DNA of 64,000 nt, taken from positions 1 through 64,000 of the forward strand of contig NZ_JMCB01000013.1 of assembly GCF_000737315.1 (NCBI RefSeq), read 5' to 3'. Positions 7,396 through 16,337 of the stretch are shown here, piece by piece (position 1 is the first letter of the stretch; every line of letters starts with the position of its first letter). The position numbers were made by a program, and so were the translations under genes. The notes below the pieces were generated by a model. The model saw only the letters and a program-made list of their open reading frames with translations, made no database searches and was not told the DNA's origin. Source of the stretch: Hyalangium minutum (GTDB lineage Bacteria > Myxococcota > Myxococcia > Myxococcales > Myxococcaceae).

Positions 7396-10005
7396 ATTTC
7401 CTCCACCTCCCCCCAAACCGCCATCCCGTTTGGCAAATACGTCCTCATCAAGCGGCTCGCGGTGGGAGGCATGGCGGAGCTTTTCCTCGCACAAGAGCCG
7501 CCCAGCCCTGAGCTGGTGGTGCTCAAGCGCATCCTCCCGTACCTGTCGGAGGAGCCGGAGTTCGTCCAGATGTTCCTGGACGAGGCCCGCATCGCCGCCC
7601 AGCTGCACCACCCGAACATCGTGCAGGTGTACGAGCTGGGGAAGCTCGACAACACCATCTTCATCGCGATGGAGTTCGTCGAGGGTGTGGACCTGCGCCG
7701 GGTGGTGCAGGAGGAGAACAAGTTCGGCGCCACCGTGCCCTACGGGGTCGCCGCCGCCATCTGCGCCCAGGTGGCTCAAGGGCTGGACTATGCGCACTTC
7801 TCCAAGGGCGTGGACGGCATTCCGCTCGAGCTGATCCACCGCGACGTCAGCCCGCAGAACGTGATGATCGCCTACGATGGGCGGGTCAAGATCGTCGACT
7901 TCGGCATCGCCAAGGCGGGCACCTACGTCAACCGCAGCAAGCCCGGCGTCATCAAGGGCAAGTTCCTCTACCTGGCCCCGGAGCAGGTGGCGCAGGAGAA
8001 GCTGGATCACCGGACCGACATCTTCGCGCTCGGCACGATGATGTACGAGATCACCACGGGGAAGAGCCCGTTCGCCAAGCCCACGACGGAAGGCATCCTC
8101 TACGCCATCCGCTCCGAGGATCCGTCTCCGCCGCACCTGCTCAAGGACGACTATCCCACCGAGCTGTCGCGCATCATCATGCGCTGCCTGGTGAAGGACC
8201 GGAACCAGCGCTACCAGCGCGCCTCCGAGGTGCAGCGAGACCTGGAGGCGTTCCTCGCCTCCGGGGTGATCAAGCAGAGCACGGACATCTCCGACTACAT
8301 CGCGCGGCTCATGGGCGAGGAAGAGGAGCGCACGGTGCTCCACATCCCTGTCGCCTCCGCCGCGAAGAAGGATGCCACCCGGGCCATGGCTCCTGGGCTC
8401 ACCGCGCGTCCGGGCCGTCGCATCACCGGAGAGGGCGTGCCCGCGCCGCCGAGCTTCGACAACGAGCCGGAGCCGCCCACGCAGATGGCCCGGCCCCGGG
8501 AGATCCTGGCGCAGAAGCCGCCGGTGGACGACACGCTGGACGAGTCCATTGAGGCCGAGGTCAGCGAGCTGGGCGATACGGCCGAACCGACAGGAAATCA
8601 GCCCGCGGAGTTCGATGACGAGGAAGAGATGAGCACCGCCATCGGCACGGTGCCGGTGGGCTTCGTGCCGCCTCCGCTCGAGCCCGGCGAGTCCACGGTG
8701 CAGGAGCGCAAGAGCGGGCGCACCTCCTCTTCGAAGGGGACCGTCGTTTCCCGGCGCCCCACACCTCCCGTCGAGCGGGACACGGAGCCTCGCGCCCGCC
8801 GCCCGGTGTCCTCGCCCTCGCGCCCCAAGCTCGCGGATGCCGAGGTGGATCCGTCCAATCCGTCCATCTCCCTGACCCAGCCGACGGGCACTGGGGGATT
8901 GTTCGAGGACGAAGGCGAGGAGCAGGAAGAGTTGGGAGAGGTAGAGGCGCCCGACACCGATGAGCGCGGCGCCGAGTCCATCTCCGTCACGCCGCCTGCG
9001 ACGGGGCATCGCCGGCGCGTGGCCGAGGCCGCCTCGCAGCCGCCCGTGTCCTCCACCACGGGCCAGCGGCGGCGCGTGCTGGATGAGCCCTCGTCCGCCT
9101 CGCTGTCGGAGCCCACGGTGAACCAGCGGAACTCCCGGCAGCGGCAGGTGCTGCGCCAGGAGGAGGAGGAGCCCGCGAACACCGAGTCGGGCTTGTCCGA
9201 GATGGATGACGACTCCTATCCCACGGAGGGCATCCGGTCCGAGCCCGAGGATGACGAGTCCACCGCGGGCTATGACCAGGAGCTCGAAGAGCGCGCGCCG
9301 CAGAGCCGCTGGCTCTGGGTGGCCGTCGTCGTCGCCGTGGCGCTGGTGATCGGCGGGCTGGGGATCTTCTGGGCGCTGCGCCCGTTCGCCGAGGGGACAG
9401 GTGAGTCCAACGGACCGCCCCCTCCGCAGCCCGTCCTGGGGGCAGGTGCAGTGGCGCCCACGAAGCAGCCCGCACCTCCCTCGGAGGCGAACCCGGCCAC
9501 CCCCACGGAAGGCACGCCCACGGAGACCGAGCCTCCCGCTGGCTCCGAGGCTGTCGCTGCGGCGCAGGACCCCGCGCAAACGGATCAGGGGCAGACGGAT
9601 CCGGCGGGCACCTCTGCGGCGGGCGAACAGGACAACCCGGCGGGTGGGGCCTTGGCCGCTGCGGACACCGAGGGGAAGACTCCGGAGGAGGCCTCCTCGG
9701 CCAACCCAGGAACGGGCGAGAACCCGCTGGGAACCTCCAGCACGAAGACGGGCGGTGGTGAGACCAAGGTGAAGCCCACCGGACCGCTCGCGGAGGTGAA
9801 GTTCAAGACCAACTTCGCGCTGATCAAGGTCAACGACAAGAAGGTGGAGCCTAATAAGGTCCTGACTTATCCCGCGGGCCGTATCGAGCTCGCCTGGTGG
9901 TGCCCTCCCAAGAAGAAGCGCGAGGGCAGCACTGTCAAGGTTCTCAAGGCCGGGCAACGCTCGCCCCAGGTCATCGAGATCCGCTGCAAGAAAAACTACA
10001 GATAA
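7396..10005 (+). CDS. Membrane-anchored Hanks-type Ser/Thr protein kinase; true start uncertain, upstream of the called GTG 7462
   Basis: FGKYVLIKRLAVGGMAELF, VVLKRI, FLDEARIAAQLHHPNIV, HRDVSPQN, DFGIAK, LAPEQ, D.FALG. Then a long acidic/Pro linker, a TM helix (WLWVAVVVAVALVIGGLGIFWAL) and a C-terminal external domain. The in-frame extension upstream of 7462 encodes kinase subdomain I. Confidence 0.92.
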   Translation: MSSTSPQTAIPFGKYVLIKRLAVGGMAELFLAQEPPSPELVVLKRILPYLSEEPEFVQMFLDEARIAAQLHHPNIVQVYELGKLDNTIFIAMEFVEGVDLRRVVQEENKFGATVPYGVAAAICAQVAQGLDYAHFSKGVDGIPLELIHRDVSPQNVMIAYDGRVKIVDFGIAKAGTYVNRSKPGVIKGKFLYLAPEQVAQEKLDHRTDIFALGTMMYEITTGKSPFAKPTTEGILYAIRSEDPSPPHLLKDDYPTELSRIIMRCLVKDRNQRYQRASEVQRDLEAFLASGVIKQSTDISDYIARLMGEEEERTVLHIPVASAAKKDATRAMAPGLTARPGRRITGEGVPAPPSFDNEPEPPTQMARPREILAQKPPVDDTLDESIEAEVSELGDTAEPTGNQPAEFDDEEEMSTAIGTVPVGFVPPPLEPGESTVQERKSGRTSSSKGTVVSRRPTPPVERDTEPRARRPVSSPSRPKLADAEVDPSNPSISLTQPTGTGGLFEDEGEEQEELGEVEAPDTDERGAESISVTPPATGHRRRVAEAASQPPVSSTTGQRRRVLDEPSSASLSEPTVNQRNSRQRQVLRQEEEEPANTESGLSEMDDDSYPTEGIRSEPEDDESTAGYDQELEERAPQSRWLWVAVVVAVALVIGGLGIFWALRPFAEGTGESNGPPPPQPVLGAGAVAPTKQPAPPSEANPATPTEGTPTETEPPAGSEAVAAAQDPAQTDQGQTDPAGTSAAGEQDNPAGGALAAADTEGKTPEEASSANPGTGENPLGTSSTKTGGGETKVKPTGPLAEVKFKTNFALIKVNDKKVEPNKVLTYPAGRIELAWWCPPKKKREGSTVKVLKAGQRSPQVIEIRCKKNYR

Positions 10006-10162
10006 CAAGGACTTAGCGCCATAGGCGCTGCTTTGCTCCAGTACCGGACAAGTGGGCAGGGGTACGGCTGAGTGTCCCTAAGTCGTTGGATTTCCTAGGA
10101 TTTCTGCTCCTTCCCTCCGTTTACACGGTGTCAGACCGGCTCTTAGAATCCCGCGCTGACCC

Positions 10163-10966
10163 ATGGCTCGCTCGACGAAGCAGAAAACCGTAGTCACCAA
10201 GCGGAGTTACCCCGTTGCGCGGCTCGCGCGGCAGCAACCCGTGGCGCCCGAGCCCAACCGTCTGCTGAAGGTCTGGCGCCGCGTGCTGGAGCGGCGCCTG
10301 CGCACGCGGTTGCGCGCGAAGGTCTCCATCGACATCCACGACAACACGCACACGATGCTCACGTTCCAGCGGCATCGCGCGCGCTTCCGGCTCCGGCTGC
10401 ACCACATGTTCCTGGCCGCGCCGGATGACGTGATCCAAGCCCTGGCGGACTTCGTGCGCCACGGGGATGCGGAGGCCAGCATCCGGCTGGACAAGTTCAT
10501 CGAGCGCAACAAGGCGTATATCCGCCGGTTGTCGCCCGAGAAGATGCGCAAGCGCCTCCGGTTGGATCCGGTGGGGCGGCACCATGACCTGGGGCGCATC
10601 TTCGACCGGCTCAACGAGCGCTACTTCCAGAGTCGGATCAGCGCGGCCATCACCTATGGCCCGGCGCCTCGGGTGAAGGGGCCTCGCAAGAGCATCAAGA
10701 TGGGCTCGTACTCGGCGGACTCGCGGGTGATCCGGATCCACCCGGCGCTGGATCAGCCGGTGGTGCCCCGGTACTTCGTCGAGTGGATCGTCTTCCACGA
10801 GATGCTGCACCACGTGTACCGCGCGAAGCGGGGCGACGATGGCCGGCGGTGCGTGCACCCGCCCGAGTTCCTCGACCACGAGCGGCGCTTCCACGACTTC
10901 AAGCGCGCCCAGGCGTGGGAGGACGACAACCTGGATCTGCTGCTGCGCGCCCGCGTCGACGGGTGA
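10163..10966 (+). CDS. SprT-like / M48-YgjP-like zinc metallopeptidase domain protein
   Basis: LGRIFDRLNERYF, MGSY...RVIRIHPALD, WIVFHEMLHHV (HExxH), HPPEF..ERRF. Confidence 0.8.
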   Translation: MARSTKQKTVVTKRSYPVARLARQQPVAPEPNRLLKVWRRVLERRLRTRLRAKVSIDIHDNTHTMLTFQRHRARFRLRLHHMFLAAPDDVIQALADFVRHGDAEASIRLDKFIERNKAYIRRLSPEKMRKRLRLDPVGRHHDLGRIFDRLNERYFQSRISAAITYGPAPRVKGPRKSIKMGSYSADSRVIRIHPALDQPVVPRYFVEWIVFHEMLHHVYRAKRGDDGRRCVHPPEFLDHERRFHDFKRAQAWEDDNLDLLLRARVDG

Positions 10967-10986
10967 CGCGGGGCGCCAGGCGCGGC

Positions 10987-12210
10987 TCACGGGAGGATGA
11001 GGCCTCCCGGGCTGCGCCGCTCCGTGGAGGAGGGAGCAGGCGAGGCGGGCGTGGGTGAGGTGCCCCCGCGCGCGGCCTCGGCGGCCGGGCTCAAGAGCTC
11101 TCCAAGCCGGATGATCTTCTCGAAGAGGGTCTCGGCGAACCGTGAGAAGGGCTCCTCGGGCCCGTGGAAGAGGCGGCGGGCCTCGGAGCGTGCGACGCGG
11201 GCAGCGGAGGCTCGGTCCGTGCGCTCGAAGAACTTCGCCATCCACCACAGGCGCAGCCCGTAGCGCTTGCGCTGCTCCGGGGTGAAGTAGGCGCGAGCCA
11301 GGGCTCGCACGGCCTGGAGCGTCTGCTCCTCACGTTGGGCCGGGGTGAGCGCCAGGGGGCTGTTAGCGATCTCCTCGGCCTTCTGCACCACCTTCCGCAT
11401 CTCTGGTTCGGGAGGCAGCCAGGCTTCGATCTCCATCGTCTCGTGGAGGGTGTGGCCTTCCATGACGCCCTTCACGTCCTCGGGCTCGGGCGGAGGGACA
11501 GTGAACTCGGCGGTTGCGGGCTGGACACCGTGGTGCCGCAGGGTCGGCTCCAGATCCTGGGGGAAGGGGGTCCGCGTGCGCAGGTTGAGCCCGGCGGCCT
11601 CGGAGAGCTGGGCTGCGGCCTCCTCGCGGGGCACCTCGATCGCATAGTGGGCCTCGGTCGCCTCCTTGAGGCGCTTGCGGTAGCTGCTCCGGGTCGCCTC
11701 CGTGAGGGTGAGCTCCAGCACGCCCAGCTCGTCCGTGAAGACGACCTGGGCTGCCTCCAGGCCTCCGCCCCGCAGGGGCCGGACGAGGATCAGCCCTCGC
11801 TTGCCGTCCGTGGTGATGCTGGTGGCGAGGCAGGGCCAGGCCTCGGGCTCCGGGACGCGGACGGGCTCGGGCTCGGGGCGGGGGGCCTCGGCTACCGCGA
11901 CGCCTCGGGAGCGCAGGCGGTAGAGCGCCTTCTTGGCGGCCTTGGCCAGCAGCTTGACGCTCGAGCGGGAGAGGGCCTCCGGGAGCGCAGTGCTGCCGGC
12001 GAGCACAGCACCCTCGAGGATGGCCTCGGCCAGTGCGGGAGGCAGGGCCTCGACGGCGGCGGAGGTGGCGGCGGCCGCGTCCTTCGCGAGGGTGCGGGCC
12101 TGCTCCACGGCTTCCGGGGCGAACTCAGGGAGCGGCGCGCCGGAGCGGAGCGCGTCGAGCAGGGGACGGGGCTCATGAGGATGGGGCATGGGCGCCACTT
12201 CATACTGCAC
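10987..12210 (-). CDS. Hypothetical protein (~400 aa; start may be ATG 12189)
   Basis: GC3-biased frame; no family motif recognised. Confidence 0.75.
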   Translation of the reverse strand: MQYEVAPMPHPHEPRPLLDALRSGAPLPEFAPEAVEQARTLAKDAAAATSAAVEALPPALAEAILEGAVLAGSTALPEALSRSSVKLLAKAAKKALYRLRSRGVAVAEAPRPEPEPVRVPEPEAWPCLATSITTDGKRGLILVRPLRGGGLEAAQVVFTDELGVLELTLTEATRSSYRKRLKEATEAHYAIEVPREEAAAQLSEAAGLNLRTRTPFPQDLEPTLRHHGVQPATAEFTVPPPEPEDVKGVMEGHTLHETMEIEAWLPPEPEMRKVVQKAEEIANSPLALTPAQREEQTLQAVRALARAYFTPEQRKRYGLRLWWMAKFFERTDRASAARVARSEARRLFHGPEEPFSRFAETLFEKIIRLGELLSPAAEAARGGTSPTPASPAPSSTERRSPGGLILP

Positions 12211-12246
12211 CCCACAAGAGAGGTGGGGACTGGCCTTCGTGAAGTG

Positions 12247-13809
12247 TCAGCGGCGCCGCACGAGCCAGCTGTTGCCCGTGTGCGCCACCACCGCCAGCTC
12301 CGTCTCGAGCCGGGCGCCGAAGATGCGCGCGGGGTGGGCGCCTCTCACGAGGAAGTGATCGTAGAAGCCGCCCATGGAGGCGTAGTCGAAGTCCTGGGGC
12401 CGCCATTCGGAGGGGAAGGTGGGCGGCACGGGGCCCACGTAGCGCAAGGGCGAGTGGGGCGTCAGCGCGAAGCTGAAGTTCGTGACGCCGCCTCGCGCCC
12501 GCGCCAGCACCGCCGCGCTGTGCAGGAACACCGGGAAGCGCACCACGTCCGAGTGGAAGTCGTAGATGAGCCCCATCACCCGGGGCTTGGGCGCCGTGGC
12601 CGCCACGAGCTGTTTCCACTCGGAGGCCTCGCGCGAGAAGGCACGGAAGCCTCGGCCGAGCACGAGGCACAGCAGCACGGCGCTCGCGGCGCTCGCCCAC
12701 AGCAGCAGGCGCCCGTGGCTCGGGCGCGTCACGGGCACGCTGGCGACGAGGAGCGCCGCGGCGAGGTGCGCGTAGCGCGTGTTCAGATAATAGATGTAGC
12801 CGCGGATATCGAAGGGCAGCAGGAAGAACAGCGCGAGCGCGATCACCCCCAGCCCGAGCATGCGGAAGCGCGCCACGGGCCCCTCGGGGCGAGGCCCTCC
12901 GAGCGCGAGCCCCAGCACCAGTCCCACCACCGCCACGCCGCCCACCGCATAGAGCGGCCACCGATCCGAGCCGTCATGGAACAGATTGGCGAGCACGGAG
13001 AGGAACTCGGCCCGGTTCTGCTCGAAGGACTTGTAGGCGAGGTTCTCCGGAGACAGGAGCGGTCCCCAGGCCTTCCACGGCTGGCCCGGCGCAATCTCCG
13101 CGGGCTGCCCGAGCCGCAGCGCCACCCACCCGAGGAACAGCAGGACGCCGGGAAGCACGCCCGCGAGCGCGGCGAGCCGAGGCTTCACCCGAGCACGGAA
13201 GCCCCGCGTGTCCCGGTCCTCGGGCACGGGCGTGGTGAAGAGCAGCCACGGCAGCCCCAGCGCAAGGAAGAAGAAGGCCTGCACGTGGAAGAGGAGCACG
13301 GCCACGAGGCACGCGGCCAACCCCGCTGCCCACGCGCGCCGCCGAGGAACCTCCGTGAGCGTGCGCACGAAGAGCCCGCAGCACAGGAACGCGAGCGGCA
13401 GGGACGCGCAGTAGTTCACGAAGCCCCAGGCGAAGCTGTCGCCATAGGCGAACGGCAGCGCGAGCAGCGAGGGCCACGTGGGACGGCCCAGCGCCCGCAG
13501 CAGGAACGCGAGGGACAGCGAGAGTCCCGCCACGTACGCGCTGAGAAAGAGCCGGTTGGCCACCTCCAGCGGCAGCAGCCAGTTCAGCGCGCTCACCAGG
13601 TAGTAGTAGCCCAGGTACGGCGTGAGCGCGTTCCGCGCGGCGAAGAACTCCGGGTAGAGCGTCGTCGGATCATCCAGCCGGTGCAGCACCGAGATCAGAT
13701 GCAGGTGCTGCGGCAAGTCCACCATGGGCAGGGCGCTCGCCACCCACAGCGGCGCCACGCCCAGCAGCAGGGCCACGGCATACAGGGCGCGATCGGTTCG
13801 CTCAGGCAC
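12247..13809 (-). CDS. Polytopic membrane protein, possible GT-C fold glycosyltransferase
   Basis: About 11-13 hydrophobic segments, a P..DLPQHL motif after the first TM, PY.GYY, GF.NY, and a C-terminal soluble domain. Confidence 0.65.
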   Translation of the reverse strand: MPERTDRALYAVALLLGVAPLWVASALPMVDLPQHLHLISVLHRLDDPTTLYPEFFAARNALTPYLGYYYLVSALNWLLPLEVANRLFLSAYVAGLSLSLAFLLRALGRPTWPSLLALPFAYGDSFAWGFVNYCASLPLAFLCCGLFVRTLTEVPRRRAWAAGLAACLVAVLLFHVQAFFFLALGLPWLLFTTPVPEDRDTRGFRARVKPRLAALAGVLPGVLLFLGWVALRLGQPAEIAPGQPWKAWGPLLSPENLAYKSFEQNRAEFLSVLANLFHDGSDRWPLYAVGGVAVVGLVLGLALGGPRPEGPVARFRMLGLGVIALALFFLLPFDIRGYIYYLNTRYAHLAAALLVASVPVTRPSHGRLLLWASAASAVLLCLVLGRGFRAFSREASEWKQLVAATAPKPRVMGLIYDFHSDVVRFPVFLHSAAVLARARGGVTNFSFALTPHSPLRYVGPVPPTFPSEWRPQDFDYASMGGFYDHFLVRGAHPARIFGARLETELAVVAHTGNSWLVRRR

Positions 13810-13950
13810 AGGGCGGGGCTTTGCTAGGAGGTGGGCAGAAGTGTGATAACATGCTTGGCAAGAAATGAGGCGCTGGGGTATAGGCGCTCGCGTCTCGGGT
13901 GTTCAGGTTGTAGAGGGCTGTTGCAGGGTATTGCCCGAAGGAGGAAGCAG

Positions 13951-14322
13951 ATGAAGCGCATCGGACTGACGACGGTAGCTGCCCTGAGCCTTGCGGGCGG
14001 TCTGCTGCTGGTGCCGAGCGTGGGGCATGCCTGCGAGGGCCATCGGAAGGCGGCCACGACGCAGACGGCCACGCCCACCGAGAAGAAGGAGAGCGCCCCT
14101 CAGGCTCGCCCCGCTCAGAGCCCGCTCCAGGAGGTGGACGAGCTCCTGTCGGCGAAGTGCCAGTGCGGCAGCAAGGCCGACTGCACCTGCAAGAAGGGCC
14201 AGTGCGAGTGCTCCAAGTGCAAGCACGGCGTCCGCCAGGTGATGGATGCCCTGCGCGAGCAGACGCCCGCGCTCAAGCTGGACAACGCGCGCTACGACGC
14301 GTCCGCAGGCGTCTTCATCTGA
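13951..14322 (+). CDS. Small exported protein with a metallothionein-like Cys cluster
   Basis: GAAGGAGGA RBS before ATG 13951. Signal peptide MKRIGLTTVAALSLAGGLLLVPSVGHA|CEGH. Cluster CQCGSKADCTCKKGQCECSKC. Confidence 0.8.
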   Translation: MKRIGLTTVAALSLAGGLLLVPSVGHACEGHRKAATTQTATPTEKKESAPQARPAQSPLQEVDELLSAKCQCGSKADCTCKKGQCECSKCKHGVRQVMDALREQTPALKLDNARYDASAGVFI

Positions 14323-14337
14323 AGCAGACGCGGTAAG

Positions 14338-14363
14338 CCCGCGGCGGTGAGACCGCCCGCGGG
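14338..14363. terminator. GC-rich hairpin between convergent genes, possible bidirectional terminator
   Basis: CCCGCGGCGGT-GAG-ACCGCC(C)GCGGG gives an 11-bp stem with one bulge; no clear U-tract. Confidence 0.35.
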
Positions 14364-14366
14364 TGC

Positions 14367-14975
14367 CTACTCCCGCGCAGGCTCCTTGCCGCGCGCGGAG
14401 GCGTCGCCGCCCTGGGACACCAGGACGGGCCAACCCCGAGCCATCGCCTCGCGGAAGAACGTGGCCAGCTCCCGGCGGCACTGGTTCACCGTCCCGAGGA
14501 ACGGATCAATCAGCGCCTCCTCGCCGAGGCTGCGCGTGGGGTTGAGCTCCACCGGCGTGCCGCACCGCTCGCAGAGGATGGACACCGTCCGCACCAGCGC
14601 CACCGGCACGGCGTAGCGCGCGTTGCACTCGCCGCACTTCCACACCAGCGCGCGCTCACCGGCCTCCATGCGCGCGAGCCCCTCCAGCTCATCCGCCAGG
14701 CGCAGCAGCGCCGGCAGATCTCCCGGAGGCTGGGCGAACACCGCCGAGGGGCCAAAGCCCACGCCAGGCGAGCCTAGCTTCGGCGGCCGGTCGCTCTGGA
14801 GCAGCGAGCGGAGCCGGTCCCGGGCTCGCGCATCGCGGAACTCGGCGCCCGCGAGCGCGCGCTCGACAGCCTCATGGATGGGCGGGAGGTCCGGCTCGAG
14901 ACGATCTTCATCCGGCTGAGTGCGAGGGTGGTCAACGACGCGATGGCTGGGGAGTGCAAGGAATCGGAAGCCCAC
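14367..14975 (-). CDS. Hypothetical protein with a zinc ribbon (CxxC-x17-CxxC)
   Basis: WKCGECNARYAVPVALVRTVSILCERCGTPV. Start reassigned to GTG 14975 after GGAG. Confidence 0.75.
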   Translation of the reverse strand: MGFRFLALPSHRVVDHPRTQPDEDRLEPDLPPIHEAVERALAGAEFRDARARDRLRSLLQSDRPPKLGSPGVGFGPSAVFAQPPGDLPALLRLADELEGLARMEAGERALVWKCGECNARYAVPVALVRTVSILCERCGTPVELNPTRSLGEEALIDPFLGTVNQCRRELATFFREAMARGWPVLVSQGGDASARGKEPARE

Positions 14976-15069
14976 GGCGTCTCCATCGCACCCCCGCCTC
15001 TCGCGTGCAAGCCGGGAGTTGGGATTTCCTGTGTTGGAGAACACGGAGGGCCCGCGTCGACGCCACGCG

Positions 15070-15999
15070 TCAGGACCACTCCAGCATGCGTTCCAGCGGC
15101 GCACGCGCAGCCGCCTGCAGATCCGCCGGGAGGATGAGCTCCGGTGTCCGATCCCTCATGCAGCGGTAGAGCTTCTCCATCGTGTTGAGCCGCATGTACG
15201 GGCACTCATTGCAGGCGCAGCCGTTATCCGGCGGCGCGGGGATGTACGTCTTGCCCGGCGCTTTGAGCTGCATCTGGTGGATGATGCCCGCCTCCGTCAC
15301 CACGATGAACTTCTGCTTCGGGCTGGCCACCACGTAGTCGAGGATGCCCTTGGTCGAGCCGATGAAGTCCGCGTGGCGCAGCACCGCCTGCTCGCACTCC
15401 GGGTGGGCAACCACCTCGGCGTCCGGGTGCTCGACCTTCAGCTGCACGAGCTTCTTCTCGCTGAAGATCTCATGGACGATGCAGCTGCCCGGCCAGAGCA
15501 CCATGTCCCTGCCTGTCTGCTTCATCACATGGCGGCCGAGGTGTTGATCCGGCGCGAAGAGGATCTGCCGATCCTTTGGCGCGCGGTTGACGATCTTTAC
15601 CGCGTTGGAGGACGTGCAGATCACGTCGCTCATGGCCTTCACCGCCGCCGAGCTGTTCACGTAGCTCACCACGAAGGCGTCCTGGTGCTTCTCCTTGAAC
15701 GCCTTGAAGGCCGCGGGCGGGCAGCGGTCGGAGAGCGAGCAGCCAGCCTTGAGGTCCGGCAGCAGCACCTGCTTCGTCGGATTCAGAATCTTCGCCGTCT
15801 CCGCCATGAAGTGGACACCGCAGAAGACGATGACATCCGCCTGCGTCTTCGCCGCCGCCTGCGCCAGCGCGAGGCTGTCACCCACGAAGTCCGCTACATC
15901 CTGTATTTCACTCTCCTGGTAATAGTGCGCCAGGATGACAGCGTTGAGTGAGCGCTTGAGCTCCTGAATCTTCGCCTCGAAATCCGTATCGCCGCCCAT
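15070..15999 (-). CDS. nadA: Quinolinate synthase A
   Basis: [69 protein letters not shown]; the three Fe-S cysteines are present. RBS GAGGAG before ATG 15999. Confidence 0.97.
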   Translation of the reverse strand: MGGDTDFEAKIQELKRSLNAVILAHYYQESEIQDVADFVGDSLALAQAAAKTQADVIVFCGVHFMAETAKILNPTKQVLLPDLKAGCSLSDRCPPAAFKAFKEKHQDAFVVSYVNSSAAVKAMSDVICTSSNAVKIVNRAPKDRQILFAPDQHLGRHVMKQTGRDMVLWPGSCIVHEIFSEKKLVQLKVEHPDAEVVAHPECEQAVLRHADFIGSTKGILDYVVASPKQKFIVVTEAGIIHQMQLKAPGKTYIPAPPDNGCACNECPYMRLNTMEKLYRCMRDRTPELILPADLQAAARAPLERMLEWS

Positions 16000-16337
16000 C
16001 GAATCTCCTCTGACGTTCATTTAATCGAACGGTGGAAGCGCGGCCAACCTCCGTAAGCGTGGCTCTCCCTGATCAAGCTCGACGCCCGGGTGAATCCGGA
16101 AGGCATGCCTTGTACGCGAGACGTATCAACTTCGTTCATTGGCACCCATGAATGGCACCCAATGGTGCAACTTTTCTTCACGGGGGAAAGCGGCTACCTT
16201 GCCGCGTCGCTGACTTTGTTCCCTGGCCCGCTCCCCCCGCGGTTGCTTGGGCGGTCCCTGGCGCGCATGCATGGAGAGGCTGTGATGAGGCAGGCCTGGC
16301 TGAGCCCCGAAGGTGCGCGCTGCAGCAGGAGGTGTTG

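Noticed and set aside
8300-9800. Low-complexity Glu/Pro/Thr/Ala stretches in the kinase (and PA-rich linkers at 4080-4200, 55090-55200, 63300-63620) as DNA repeats
   Set aside because: These are protein-level disordered linkers without discrete tandem nucleotide units.
7126-10008. 960-aa antisense ORF, and similar long ORFs at 11164-13827, 19459-22593, 26037-28460, 34427-37423 and 39531-42671
   Set aside because: They mirror well-supported genes on the opposite strand, are Arg/Gly/Ala/His-rich and carry no motifs. This is the expected shadow of GC3-biased codon usage.
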